A stretch of DNA of 60,549 bases from a virus (lineage: Duplodnaviria; Caudoviricetes): IMG/VR virus record IMGVR_UViG_3300044638_004051, positions 1 through 60,549 of that record, one strand, 5' to 3'. Numbering within the stretch: the stretch's first letter is position 1; the number at the start of each line of letters is the position of its first letter. The translations under genes and the position numbers were made by a program. Under the pieces are notes generated by a model. The model searched no databases. It had not been told where the DNA came from and saw nothing but the letters and a program-made list of their open reading frames with translations. Shown here piece after piece: positions 32,146 to 42,383 of this stretch.

Positions 32146-34901
32146 GCGAACTAGCACGAAAGCTAATCCGTGCATACCACGGTAGCCCGCACAGCTTTGA
32201 CAGGTTTGACGCCAGCAAGATCGGGTCTGGTGAGGGTGCGCAAGCATACGGGCACGGGCTGTATTTTGCTGGTAACGAAGACATCGCGAGGTATTACCGC
32301 GACAAGCTGTCACCTGCTGGCGAGCCAAATGTAGAGGTTGGCGGCAAGCCAGTAGAGGGAGGCGGGCAACTGGGATTTGAGGCTGTATTTGGATACCCGC
32401 AAGCAGACGGCGCGCCTTTTCTGGCAGCAGACCCGTGGGCCGGGATTCCCACAAGAGACAAAGCAATTCGATTTCTCAAGATGGGCGCATTCGGAGGGGA
32501 TGACATACCAACAGAACGAGCATTCGACACGGCAAGGGGCTTGATATGGTCGCCGGAAATCAACGGCGGAAATCCTGCGCCGGAATACGAGCAGTCGCTC
32601 TTGCGCGAACTAGACAGGCTGCAAGCAGAAGGCGCACAGCTAGCATGGCCGCAGTCTGGGCACATGTACGAAGTTGCGCTAGACACAGACCCAGATCAGC
32701 TGATTAAGGGCGATCTTCCTGTGAAGTGGCAAACACCTCAAGTGCAGGAAGCGTTAAAGGAGTTGGGTTACAGGACAAGCAACGGGCGAGGCGAGCGCGG
32801 TGGCTTGCAGGCGTACAACAACGTAGTCACTAAGGCGGAAAACAAATTTGCGACCGAGGGCGCGATGCCTAGGGATATCGCGGCGGCATCGCGTATGGCG
32901 AAAGATTCCGTAACCAGAGACATGGTGGACATGGGAATAAACGGAATCCAGTATTTGGACAACACATCGCGCCGCAAGGGCTATGGCTCCAGCAACTACG
33001 TGATGTTTCCCGGCACGGAAGAAATGATCCGCATCATTCGCAAATACGGTTTTGTTCCACCGGCATTGGCCGCAGCAGGTGCAGCAGGTCAGGCGCAGGC
33101 CGGATCAGACCTCGACGCTGCGATGAAGGGCATGCGTCAGGCAAATGCCACGGGACGAGCCGCTGCCGCAAACGGAGCCAACCCGAGAGAAGCCAACGCT
33201 GCCGCTCTGGCGAGCTTCGTGCCAGAGTCCACCCGCAGCGGCCAGCCTCTGTCGCAGTACCTTGGCAGTTTGTCGGAGCAAGACGCTGCCATGACGCCGC
33301 GTGGCATGTACGCCACGGCAGTGCAGGACTCGATGACCGCCCCTGTCATATCCGTGTCGGCAGCGGCGCAGGTGCTGGGCGACAAATCCGTTTCGGATCG
33401 TTATCAGGGTGGATATCTAAGCCCAATGGATTTTGCTCGCGAGCAGAGCCTGCAAGAGTCGCGTGCGCTGTTTGAGCAGCGAAAGGCGGCAGGCCCGTTC
33501 CCTCCCGGTGCAGAAGAGGCGTTCGTCCAGTGGTCGCAGCAGCAGGCCGACAGGCGAGCCGACAGTGTCGCGGGTGTGCTGGCTGGTACGTACGCGACAC
33601 GGAACCCGGCAATCAACCAAACCGCTGGTCAGCTGCGGCAGCTTGTGGCCATGCACACCCCCAATCAAGAGTTCGCACAGTTTGGCGGCAGGACAGCGGC
33701 CGAGGACAAGCAGGCCCGGCAGCAGTACGGCTCTGATGCGGAATGGCGGCTTACGGAAGGCGGGCAGAAGAACTACGACGCACAGCGTGTGGCGGAGTTG
33801 TGGTCCGCTACGCAGGATGACTACACCCCTGCTAGCACCATGTCGCAGGTCGCAAGAGCAGTTGGTGGCGGCGTAACAAAGGCATACGACGCCATGGTTC
33901 CCGGCAGCATTCCCAAGGCTGGGCAGGCATGGAAAGAAATGGGGATGATCAACCAGCCGGACGGGAAGTACGAATATGCTGCACGTCTGTATGACCGAGG
34001 TGCGCAGCACCCGGGCAACGTCTACACGGCAGAAGGCTTGCCGAAGTACGGCACGGTAGACCCAACCACGGCGGCTGGGCTTGGAAACGCCACGGCTCTC
34101 AACCAGTCCTTCCCTCTAGCGGCGTGGTATCAGCAGGTCGGCGCGCCGATCCGTGAGGTAGCCAACTGGATGGGCAACGACCGCGAGTACGGTGACCCGA
34201 ACATGGTCCGCAACCTGCGTGAGCTTCGGGCCGGATTTAATCGCGTGACCCCGGTTGTCCCTGACGGCGTGGACCCGCAGGCGTTCCAGACGATGGGCCA
34301 GAAGCTGTCCGGTGCAGACCAACGCTTGTCAGGATGGACATCGGCGTATGGTGGCCCCGCATTTGCCGACGCTTACAACGCCACGTTGGGCAAGGTCACA
34401 GGCCAGATGGATCGCACGTACCTGTCGCCTTTTGCCCAGACAATGGCGGAAATCCCGGCGGAGATCGTGGGCGACCCTGTCAACGCCGCATTCAACGTCG
34501 TTCTCCCGGTGGCCAGCGGAATAAAGGGAGCCATAACCGGCGGCATAGCTGGCGGCGCACGGCAGGCCGCGATGCAGGGCGGCGGCTCTCTGATTCGGAA
34601 GCTGGCATCTGCGCCCAAGCGTTCGCTCGATGACATCATCGAGGAGAACGTCGAGGGGCTAGGTTTTGGCAGTGCCGTTGCTGGCATCCAGTCCTACTTC
34701 TCTCCAGAGAAAAAGAACCTCCTGATGGGAGAGGCGGACCCGAATGACCCGGGGTATGACAAGAAGCTGGAAGAGGCATCAGTGCAGGCACGCACTGAAC
34801 AGATGGATGCGGCGCGGGAGTACGGTGACGCGGTTGGCCGCAAGTCACCGAAGCCAACCCTGAAGACGCCAATGCCGCAGACGTTCATGCTGACTCGATA
34901 A
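32142..34901 (+). CDS. Putative virion protein with N-terminal ADP-ribosyltransferase-like (polyvalent-protein) domain
   Basis: AYHGSPHSFDRFDASKIGSGEGAQAYGHGLYFA...GIQYLD...NYVMF. Confidence 0.7.
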   Translation: MSELARKLIRAYHGSPHSFDRFDASKIGSGEGAQAYGHGLYFAGNEDIARYYRDKLSPAGEPNVEVGGKPVEGGGQLGFEAVFGYPQADGAPFLAADPWAGIPTRDKAIRFLKMGAFGGDDIPTERAFDTARGLIWSPEINGGNPAPEYEQSLLRELDRLQAEGAQLAWPQSGHMYEVALDTDPDQLIKGDLPVKWQTPQVQEALKELGYRTSNGRGERGGLQAYNNVVTKAENKFATEGAMPRDIAAASRMAKDSVTRDMVDMGINGIQYLDNTSRRKGYGSSNYVMFPGTEEMIRIIRKYGFVPPALAAAGAAGQAQAGSDLDAAMKGMRQANATGRAAAANGANPREANAAALASFVPESTRSGQPLSQYLGSLSEQDAAMTPRGMYATAVQDSMTAPVISVSAAAQVLGDKSVSDRYQGGYLSPMDFAREQSLQESRALFEQRKAAGPFPPGAEEAFVQWSQQQADRRADSVAGVLAGTYATRNPAINQTAGQLRQLVAMHTPNQEFAQFGGRTAAEDKQARQQYGSDAEWRLTEGGQKNYDAQRVAELWSATQDDYTPASTMSQVARAVGGGVTKAYDAMVPGSIPKAGQAWKEMGMINQPDGKYEYAARLYDRGAQHPGNVYTAEGLPKYGTVDPTTAAGLGNATALNQSFPLAAWYQQVGAPIREVANWMGNDREYGDPNMVRNLRELRAGFNRVTPVVPDGVDPQAFQTMGQKLSGADQRLSGWTSAYGGPAFADAYNATLGKVTGQMDRTYLSPFAQTMAEIPAEIVGDPVNAAFNVVLPVASGIKGAITGGIAGGARQAAMQGGGSLIRKLASAPKRSLDDIIEENVEGLGFGSAVAGIQSYFSPEKKNLLMGEADPNDPGYDKKLEEASVQARTEQMDAAREYGDAVGRKSPKPTLKTPMPQTFMLTR

Positions 34902-34965
34902 ATCCTGCTTAGGCCGCGCTGCGCTCGTCGCCATACTTTCTCCTGACCTGTACAGGAGAACACGT

Positions 34966-36000
34966 ATGAGCGACGATCAAGTCGAGGTTCCGGACTCCGC
35001 ACCAGTTGATTCCGCCCCGGTATCCGAGCCGGTTGAGCAATCTTCTCCGGTCGAGCAGCCCCAGCAGCAGGAAGTCTGGGGCCACTTCCGCTCGATGCCA
35101 GAGTTCCAAGGGCAGGATGACACTGCGATTGCCCAGCGTCTGTACCACGCCATGCAGCGTGAAGAGGCAGCGGCGCGGGCACTTCAGCAGTACCAGTCCC
35201 TTGTCCCGGTCGCGCAGGACTATCTCCAGAACCGTCCGGACTACGAAGCGTGGAAGGCGTCTCGGTCCCAGCAGCAGCAGCCTTCCCAGCCGCAGGCGCA
35301 GGCCAAGCAGCCAGAGCAGCACGCTTGGTGGAACCCGCCGCAGGTCAAGGACTCATACAAGCGGTATCTGACCCGCGACGAGAACGGCCGCGAGGTCATT
35401 GACCCCAACGCCCCGCTCGATGCGAAGGCAGCGTTGCAGGACTATCAGGACTACCGGGCCACGTTTGCCCAGAAGTTCCTCGACAATCCGGAGCAGACGC
35501 TTGGCCCCATGGTCGAGCGTGTGGCTGTCGAGCGGGCGGAAGCCATCGTTGAACAGCGTCTCCAGCGGATGCAGGACGAGCAGTACGTGTCCGGTTTGGA
35601 GCGGGAAAACAAGGATTGGCTGTACGACGAAAAAGGCAATGTCTCTGCGGAAGGCATCGCGGTCCAGAAATATATAGGAGACGCTAAGAGTCTTGGCATC
35701 TCCGGGGCACAGGCCCGCTGGGACTACGCGACGAGGATGGTTGAACGGGACTTGCTCCTCGCCAACCTTCGGCAGTCGCAGATTCAGCAGCAGCCCATGC
35801 CGCAAATGCAACCGCCCGTACCACAAGTACAGCAGAGACCAACGGCAGAGCAGCAAAACATGGAGTTCCTGCGACAGCAGGCCATGCGAACTGCGAGCCA
35901 GAGGTCAGTGACCACTGCAACTAACGCACGAACCCCTCAGAAGCCAATGACCTTTGAAGAGCGGCTGATGGCAGCTGCTCAAGAAGAAGGCTTGCTTTAA
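34966..36000 (+). CDS. Putative capsid scaffolding protein
   Basis: Acidic/Gln-rich helical ORF directly upstream of the capsid gene; AGGAG RBS. Confidence 0.65.
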   Translation: MSDDQVEVPDSAPVDSAPVSEPVEQSSPVEQPQQQEVWGHFRSMPEFQGQDDTAIAQRLYHAMQREEAAARALQQYQSLVPVAQDYLQNRPDYEAWKASRSQQQQPSQPQAQAKQPEQHAWWNPPQVKDSYKRYLTRDENGREVIDPNAPLDAKAALQDYQDYRATFAQKFLDNPEQTLGPMVERVAVERAEAIVEQRLQRMQDEQYVSGLERENKDWLYDEKGNVSAEGIAVQKYIGDAKSLGISGAQARWDYATRMVERDLLLANLRQSQIQQQPMPQMQPPVPQVQQRPTAEQQNMEFLRQQAMRTASQRSVTTATNARTPQKPMTFEERLMAAAQEEGLL

Positions 36001-36021
36001 AACGCAGGAGATACTGAACAC

Positions 36022-37173
36022 ATGGCCAGTCCCACCGATTGGAGCCGGGTAATTGCCACGACCATCGTCAACCATCTTCGGGAAACTGAAGAGGCGACGT
36101 TTCGTAAGTTCAAGGTCTTTGCTGCTCTGGAGTCGAGCGGCAACGTGATCATGAACCAGTCTGGCCGAGGCTTCGACTGGAATGTGCGCTTCAGAAACGC
36201 GCCTGTGACCGGGAATTCTGGTGACACGCCGAGGACGTTCAGTCGCATCAACATGTGGAAGCGGGCCGAGCTTCCGTGGCGCGGCTTCACGACCACCGAT
36301 TCGATCTACCGTCGTGAAATGCTGGAGAACCGTGGCCAGCAGGCTCTCTGCGACGTGGCAGGGAAAATGGCCGAGCGGTTGCAGGAATCGCTGGAGCAGC
36401 ACCTGTCGTACCAGCCTTATCGTGACGGCAATCAGTCCGGCTTTGAGAACGACTTCCACGGCATGGAATCGTTCCTTGGCTACAACGGCACGGTGAGTGA
36501 AGCCGGTGGCGCGTTCGATCAGCGAGCGGCCAACACGGCAGATCGCTACGGCTTCCCGTCTGACAACTACGCCGGTCTCTCGACGCAGCTGGGCTTCTAC
36601 GGCGGCGGTCGCATCGGCTCTGGCAGCGGCATCTGGCCGAACGTACCTGTAGACCCAGAAGTGGATTTTTACTCGCCCCTCGTAATCAACTACAACGCGA
36701 CCTCGCTCAACAGCCTGTCGCCCGCTAAGGGCAACTGGAGGGTGAACTGCGTCCAAGCGATCCGCGAAGGTCTCCACGGTTGCAAGCGCAACGACACGAA
36801 GGAGTCGCAGATCGACATGGTTGTTCTGGATCGGCAACTCTACATCCAGTTCCTCAACCAGTACAACGACAAGGAGCGGATCGCGATCTCCAAGGAGAGC
36901 GGTCTCAAGGCCATGGGCTTCACCGATGTGACGACCCTCGATGGCTGCGAGGTCACAAGCGAGTACGCCGTTCCGGCAGGCCGTGGCTACGGTCTCTCGA
37001 TTGGCAACATGGAACTGCGTTGCCTTGAGAATCAGCTGATGGTCGCAGAAGGCCCATTTTTCTCGGAAGAAACGCAGTCATACAGGTACGCCTGCTCGAC
37101 TCTCGGCAACTTCCGTTTCCGTAGTCCGAGGAATTTCTTTGCCCTCGCTCCCATCTCCGCTGAAACCAACTGA
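36022..37173 (+). CDS. Major capsid protein
   Basis: 383 aa; position after scaffold; HK97-fold-like pattern; strong RBS and codon bias. Confidence 0.8.
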   Translation: MASPTDWSRVIATTIVNHLRETEEATFRKFKVFAALESSGNVIMNQSGRGFDWNVRFRNAPVTGNSGDTPRTFSRINMWKRAELPWRGFTTTDSIYRREMLENRGQQALCDVAGKMAERLQESLEQHLSYQPYRDGNQSGFENDFHGMESFLGYNGTVSEAGGAFDQRAANTADRYGFPSDNYAGLSTQLGFYGGGRIGSGSGIWPNVPVDPEVDFYSPLVINYNATSLNSLSPAKGNWRVNCVQAIREGLHGCKRNDTKESQIDMVVLDRQLYIQFLNQYNDKERIAISKESGLKAMGFTDVTTLDGCEVTSEYAVPAGRGYGLSIGNMELRCLENQLMVAEGPFFSEETQSYRYACSTLGNFRFRSPRNFFALAPISAETN

Positions 37174-37191
37174 TAAGGAGTTGTTCCACAC

Positions 37192-37776
37192 ATGAGCAGC
37201 ATTTTCTCTGATCCCCTGTTCCGGCGTGGTACGACGCTCCTCTCTGGCGAGACGATCGAGTACACGGACGTTGCCAACACAATTCCGCTCGCGGGCGGCG
37301 AGGTGGTTGGTCAGGTCAAGGTGTTCCAAGATGTACGCCCGACCGGCGATGGGCGGAGGTTTAGCAACAGGCTCGTCTACTGTGTTGCGGCCCGGTACAA
37401 GGGCACCACGGTGAACGACGCCTCGACGGTTGCCGGGCAGGTTGTCCTGTTCGACTCCGCCAATCCGCTGATCGAGTTCACCAACTACCTGACGCAGGCC
37501 ACGCACACCGCTGGTGCGTCCTACGGCGTGCTGGACGAGTACCTTACCGGCCAGCTGCGGAAGGATGACATCGTGTGGGTGGTGGTGAAGGGTCCGACTT
37601 CGGCCAAGCAGACGGCTGCTGCGATCAATGCTGGTGTGGGCGTCGAAGCCTCGACCACGGCCGGTTCGATCCTGACTCGCAACACCGGCACGCTGATTGG
37701 CCAGCAGATCGCTGGGGCCAACTCCGCTGCGGCTGTCGGCCTGACGCGAATCAACCTGATCAACGATTCGATCTGA
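37192..37776 (+). CDS. Capsid decoration/cement protein
   Basis: Follows the capsid gene; WVVVKGP motif; AAGGAG RBS. Confidence 0.6.
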   Translation: MSSIFSDPLFRRGTTLLSGETIEYTDVANTIPLAGGEVVGQVKVFQDVRPTGDGRRFSNRLVYCVAARYKGTTVNDASTVAGQVVLFDSANPLIEFTNYLTQATHTAGASYGVLDEYLTGQLRKDDIVWVVVKGPTSAKQTAAAINAGVGVEASTTAGSILTRNTGTLIGQQIAGANSAAAVGLTRINLINDSI

Positions 37777-37804
37777 TCGGACTCTGAAATCAGAAACGCC
37801 TCTG

Positions 37805-37841
37805 ACAGCCTGCTGGGGAACCCGGTGGGCTGTTATGCTTT
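37805..37841 (+). terminator. Putative terminator after the capsid genes
   Basis: ACAGCCTGCTGGG-GAA-CCCGGTGGGCTGT hairpin followed by TATGCTTT. Confidence 0.5.
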
Positions 37842-37847
37842 ACAGGC

Positions 37848-38558
37848 ATGAACACTCGTACATGCTCGATCTGTGGCAACGAGAAGCCCCTGACGCAGGA
37901 CTTCTTTCGTTGGCGCGTACAGGAAGGCAAGGGCTATTTCACGGCAGAGTGTAAGGAGTGCATCAGCAAGGCCAAGAAGATCAGCAAGGCCAAGGCTGAA
38001 GAGCGGCGCAAGCAGCAACTCCAGAAGGTCGAGTCGCTGGGCGTGGATGCGTTCATCCGTGCCACGCAGCATGGCGGCTCCAACATCCCGCACACGGCCG
38101 AGGTGGTCGAGCGTGTGTTTGGATACTTCGGCGGCGTAGGCGGGTTCTCAGCCGTCCTCGTCAAACAATACTGGGACAGTCCGCCGGGTGGCTCTGCCCG
38201 TAACCGGCTGCTGGAGACCATGTGTCGGCTTGTCACCAAGAATGTCGAGTCCGGCGGGGCCAAGAAGCCGTTGCAGTTGTGGAGCGAGGATGAGCTTGAG
38301 CAAGAGCTTGAGCAGCGTATGGCGGAGGCAGTTGCAAACTTCAAAGGAGTGACAATCGATGCCGAAGAAGACAAACCAAAACGGCTCCCACAAAAAGAAG
38401 CGTCACCCGAAAGCATCCCCCCCTCAGTTGCCGCCGCAATCAGGGATCACGAAGTATCAGCGAGACTCCTTAAAAGAACTGCAAAGCGAGCTTCGGGACA
38501 GGAAGCTGGAGGCTCTCCGCCTGTACCGCCCGAACCCGAATCAGGAGAAGATACATGA
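37848..38558 (+). CDS. Putative terminase small subunit with N-terminal Zn finger
   Basis: CSIC...CKEC; SEDELEQEL tail; directly upstream of terL. Confidence 0.55.
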   Translation: MNTRTCSICGNEKPLTQDFFRWRVQEGKGYFTAECKECISKAKKISKAKAEERRKQQLQKVESLGVDAFIRATQHGGSNIPHTAEVVERVFGYFGGVGGFSAVLVKQYWDSPPGGSARNRLLETMCRLVTKNVESGGAKKPLQLWSEDELEQELEQRMAEAVANFKGVTIDAEEDKPKRLPQKEASPESIPPSVAAAIRDHEVSARLLKRTAKRASGQEAGGSPPVPPEPESGEDT

Positions 38559-40083
38559 GTGCCGAGCGTCTGAAATTCTGGTCATCGGTGGCAACCGATC
38601 TGGCAAAAGCCTTTCGACGTTTGTGGAAGACGCGCGGTGCGTGACCAACCAAGACCCCCACGGAAAGTACCCAAAGGAAGGCATTCTCGTCATTGTCGGA
38701 AAGGACTGGAAGCACATCGGTCTTGTGTGCGCGCCCCTTCTCTTCCGCGCCGGTGCCTTCCGCATCATCAAAGACGAGAAGACTGGCGAGTGGAGAGCGT
38801 ACGACCCCGTCAACGACGCTCACCGCAAGGCGGAGACGAAGCCCGCCCCGCCGCTGATCCCGCCTCGTCTGGTGAAGTCAACGAGTTGGGTTCTGAAGTC
38901 AGCTAACTACATGCAGTATTGCAAGCTGCATACGGGCTGGGAGATTCACTTCTTCTCATCAGAAGGCGATCCCGTACAAGGCTTTCAATGCGACCGTGCC
39001 CACATTGACGAGGACGTTAACAACGAAGGGTGGGTGCCAGAGCTTCAAGCACGACTGGTTGATCGCAAGGGAGTCTTTTGCTGGTCGGCTATGCCCCATT
39101 CGACCAATAACGCCTTGTTGGGTCTGAAGGAACGCGCCGACGCGAGCGAAGAGGCACTGGGAGACAAGTCGCACATCCGGCAGTTCAAGCTCCGCATGCT
39201 CGACAATCCGTTCCTCGATACGGAAGAGAAGAAGAAAAGCATCGAGCGGTGGTCGGCTCTGGGCGAAGACGTGCTTCGCATGCGTGCCGAGGGCGACTTC
39301 ATCACCGACTCCGTACTGTGCTATCCCAACTTCGATATCCGCATCCACGGCATGGACCGGGCCGAATTGCCGGAAGGTCAGATACCGCACAACTGGTGCC
39401 GCTACGCAGTCATTGACCCGGGCCACGCCGTGACGGCTGTGCTGTTCTGCGCCGTGCCGCCGAACGGGGACTACTGGCTGTGCTACGACCAGCTGTACCT
39501 CCGCCAGTGCAACGCCACGATCTTCGGAGACGAGTTTGCCAAGCGGGTCAGGGACTGGCATTTCCATGCGTTCATCATCGACGCGCACGGTGGCCGGTTG
39601 CGTGACATCGGCTCCGGACGGCTCCCGGTCGAGCAGTACACCGAACAGCTGCTGACGAGAAACATCCGCAGCCAGATCACAGGCTCCAGTTTTCTTGCTG
39701 GGTGTGATGACATTCCGGCGAGAACCGAGGCTACCCGAACCGCCCTGCACATACGCCCTGTCGGCACGCCGCAACTGCGGGTGCTGCGGAACTCATGCCC
39801 CGATCTGGAGCGTGAGTTGAAGCGATACAGGAAACAGGTGAACTACGTTAGTGGAACGGCCATCGTGACAGACAAGCCGAACACCAAGGGCGAGGTTCAC
39901 TTGTGCCAGTGTCTTGAGTACCTCTGCGCATACCGCCCAAAGTATCACGCGCCGCCGATCCGAAATGGCGAGCCTGATCCGTGGTGGGTCAAGTGGCAGC
40001 GTGAGCGCAAAAAGCGGCTGGGGGAAGGTGGTCCCGGCTATGTATTCTTGGGACCAAACGGAGGACGAGCCAGTGATAACTGA
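38359..40083 (+). CDS. terL: Terminase large subunit
   Basis: Q motif, Walker A GGNRSGKS, Walker B HIDED, nuclease IDPG. Confidence 0.9.
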   Translation: MPKKTNQNGSHKKKRHPKASPPQLPPQSGITKYQRDSLKELQSELRDRKLEALRLYRPNPNQEKIHECRASEILVIGGNRSGKSLSTFVEDARCVTNQDPHGKYPKEGILVIVGKDWKHIGLVCAPLLFRAGAFRIIKDEKTGEWRAYDPVNDAHRKAETKPAPPLIPPRLVKSTSWVLKSANYMQYCKLHTGWEIHFFSSEGDPVQGFQCDRAHIDEDVNNEGWVPELQARLVDRKGVFCWSAMPHSTNNALLGLKERADASEEALGDKSHIRQFKLRMLDNPFLDTEEKKKSIERWSALGEDVLRMRAEGDFITDSVLCYPNFDIRIHGMDRAELPEGQIPHNWCRYAVIDPGHAVTAVLFCAVPPNGDYWLCYDQLYLRQCNATIFGDEFAKRVRDWHFHAFIIDAHGGRLRDIGSGRLPVEQYTEQLLTRNIRSQITGSSFLAGCDDIPARTEATRTALHIRPVGTPQLRVLRNSCPDLERELKRYRKQVNYVSGTAIVTDKPNTKGEVHLCQCLEYLCAYRPKYHAPPIRNGEPDPWWVKWQRERKKRLGEGGPGYVFLGPNGGRASDN

Positions 40084-40387
40084 ATGGAAAATGCCGCAGC
40101 CAAAGATTGGCGACATCGTGCTGTTCAGCAAGGACTACCAGACTTTTGCCAATCCTGTCGTGGGATTCGTGATGAAAGAACCGGGTGCTTCGACCATAAG
40201 CATCCTGACGTTCACGCCGACCGGGTATTCGATGGTGTACGACAGTTGCCATCATCGGGACGATCCGGCCTTGCAACACGATCACGGGTGGCAGGACTTG
40301 GGAGCGTGGGATTTTGCCCCATCGACCCTGACCATCCGCGAGTTAACAGCGGAGCCAACCAGTGGCCGAAAGTCTTCCAAGCAGTAA
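40073..40387 (+). CDS. Hypothetical protein
   Basis: GGAGG RBS before GTG; PKIGDIVLF motif. Confidence 0.6.
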   Translation: MITEWKMPQPKIGDIVLFSKDYQTFANPVVGFVMKEPGASTISILTFTPTGYSMVYDSCHHRDDPALQHDHGWQDLGAWDFAPSTLTIRELTAEPTSGRKSSKQ

Positions 40388-42383
40388 CCCGCTTCGCCAG
40401 ATAGCCACGACGTGGGTCAAGAAGCTGAAGGCAGCGGAGAAGTACAAAAAGCCCTTCTCCGACGATGCCAAAGAAGCATCTCTTTTCTACGACGGTGACC
40501 ACAACTGGATGTGGCGTGACAGCTACGCCCGGGGTGAGCGCGGGTACAACTCCAGCATTGCGCCGCCTTCTTTCCGTATGCAACTCAACAAGGTGTTTGA
40601 GTTGGTGGAAATCTTCGCGTCCGTGATCTACCACCGTAATCCGGTGCGTACCGTCACAGTGATGCAGCCGCCCGACCTGCCTCTCTCGCAGATGGGCCTC
40701 GACCAGCCGCTTGGCCCAGACGGCATGCCCAGCCCCGAACAGATGGAGATCATCCAAGCCGTCAAGGCCGAGCAGGCGCAGCGTGAAGAGCGTGGCATGG
40801 CGGCGAAGCTAATCGAGTCCTACTTGAACTGGACCCCGCAGGAACTCGATCTCAAGCGTCAGGCCCGCAAGGTTGTGAACGAGGCGATGATCAAGGGGGC
40901 GGGCATTTTCTGGACCGAGCTTGTCACCGTTGACACGTCCGGCGACCAGTCCATTCCGCCGATGCGGATGGTTGGTTCGTTCTACGATTCGGTGGACAAC
41001 CTCCTGATCGACCCTGATTTCGACAACGAAGATGACATGCTGTGGTGCGCTCGCAAGTGCGTTCGCCCGCTGGACGAGGTGGCCGCAACCTACGGCATCC
41101 CGCCAGAGGACTTGAAGAAGCACCTCGACGGCCAGAACCCTTCGCTGCGGAAGGAGCCACAGGGGAAGAAGAAGAAGGACACCACCAACCACTTGGTGAC
41201 CTTCTACAAGATTTGGTCGAAGACGGGCATGGGCGACAGGTTCAAGGATAGCCCGAAAGAGAACAAGGGCGTCTTCGATACGGTTGGCAAGTATTGCTAT
41301 CTCGTCATCTGCGAAGGTGTTGAGTACCCGTTGAATCTTCCTCCCGCAGTCATGCAGGAGGAGATCGATCCGCAGCTTGGTGTGCCGACGAGCGTGCTTA
41401 CTCGCGTGGCGTGGCCGATTCCATTCTTCTGCGACCCACACGGCTGGCCGTTCACGATGCTGGCATTCCACCGCAAGCCGGGGTATGCGTGGCCGGTCAG
41501 CCACATTCGGCCTGCGATTGGCGAGTTGAGATTGTTGAATTGGTGCTTCAGCTTTCTTGCGACACGCATTGCAACAAGCTGCGAAACCATCGTGGCGGTT
41601 CAAAAAGCGGCGGACGAGACGATCAAGGAGCAGCTGCTTGCTCCCAGCGAGGGCGGGTTCAAGATTATTGAACTGTCCGAACTGCTTGGCCGCAGAGTGG
41701 AAGACATCGTTTCTGTCTTCCAGATGCCGCAAGTCACGAAGGACTTGTGGGACATCATCTCCGCCATCTTGGACGAGTTTGCCAAGCGCACGGGTTTGTC
41801 CGAACTCGCATTCGGTATGACCCGCCAGTCCTTCCGATCAGCCGCCGAAGCGCAGATCAAGAACGAGAACATCAGTATTCGTCCGGACAACATGGCGAAC
41901 GAGTTGGAAGACTGTATGAGTCTTCTCGCTCGCCGCGAAGCACTGGCCGCTCGCTGGTTGCTTGAGCCGCAGGACGTGGCCCCGGTGCTTGGAATGATCG
42001 GCGCGTCAGGCTGGGCACAGTTCATCAGCCGCCGGGACTTGGTGAGCCTGACTCGCGAGCTTCTGTATCGCGTCGAGGCAGGCAGCGCACGCAAGCCAAA
42101 CAAGTCCTCGCGTGTCGAGCAGATGCAGATGGCGGTGCAGACACTCGGCCCGATCCTGTCGAACCTTGCTGGCACTGGCGTGACCGAGCCTTTCAACGCC
42201 TTGATGAAAGACTGGGCAGATAGCCTCGACATCGACTCCGCACCATACCTTCTTCCGCCTCCTCCCCCGCCCTCGCCCCCTCCTGCGCCGCCCGGTCTCC
42301 CCTCCCCTCCGGAGCAGGCAGCGGAGGGGGCGGGTGGGCCACCGCTCCCACAGGTTCCCGGTGAACTCCAGCCGCAGGCGTAA
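40362..42383 (+). CDS. Portal protein
   Basis: 673 aa after terL; SAAEAQI motif; Pro-rich tail typical of podoviral portals. Confidence 0.8.
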   Translation: MAESLPSSNPLRQIATTWVKKLKAAEKYKKPFSDDAKEASLFYDGDHNWMWRDSYARGERGYNSSIAPPSFRMQLNKVFELVEIFASVIYHRNPVRTVTVMQPPDLPLSQMGLDQPLGPDGMPSPEQMEIIQAVKAEQAQREERGMAAKLIESYLNWTPQELDLKRQARKVVNEAMIKGAGIFWTELVTVDTSGDQSIPPMRMVGSFYDSVDNLLIDPDFDNEDDMLWCARKCVRPLDEVAATYGIPPEDLKKHLDGQNPSLRKEPQGKKKKDTTNHLVTFYKIWSKTGMGDRFKDSPKENKGVFDTVGKYCYLVICEGVEYPLNLPPAVMQEEIDPQLGVPTSVLTRVAWPIPFFCDPHGWPFTMLAFHRKPGYAWPVSHIRPAIGELRLLNWCFSFLATRIATSCETIVAVQKAADETIKEQLLAPSEGGFKIIELSELLGRRVEDIVSVFQMPQVTKDLWDIISAILDEFAKRTGLSELAFGMTRQSFRSAAEAQIKNENISIRPDNMANELEDCMSLLARREALAARWLLEPQDVAPVLGMIGASGWAQFISRRDLVSLTRELLYRVEAGSARKPNKSSRVEQMQMAVQTLGPILSNLAGTGVTEPFNALMKDWADSLDIDSAPYLLPPPPPPSPPPAPPGLPSPPEQAAEGAGGPPLPQVPGELQPQA

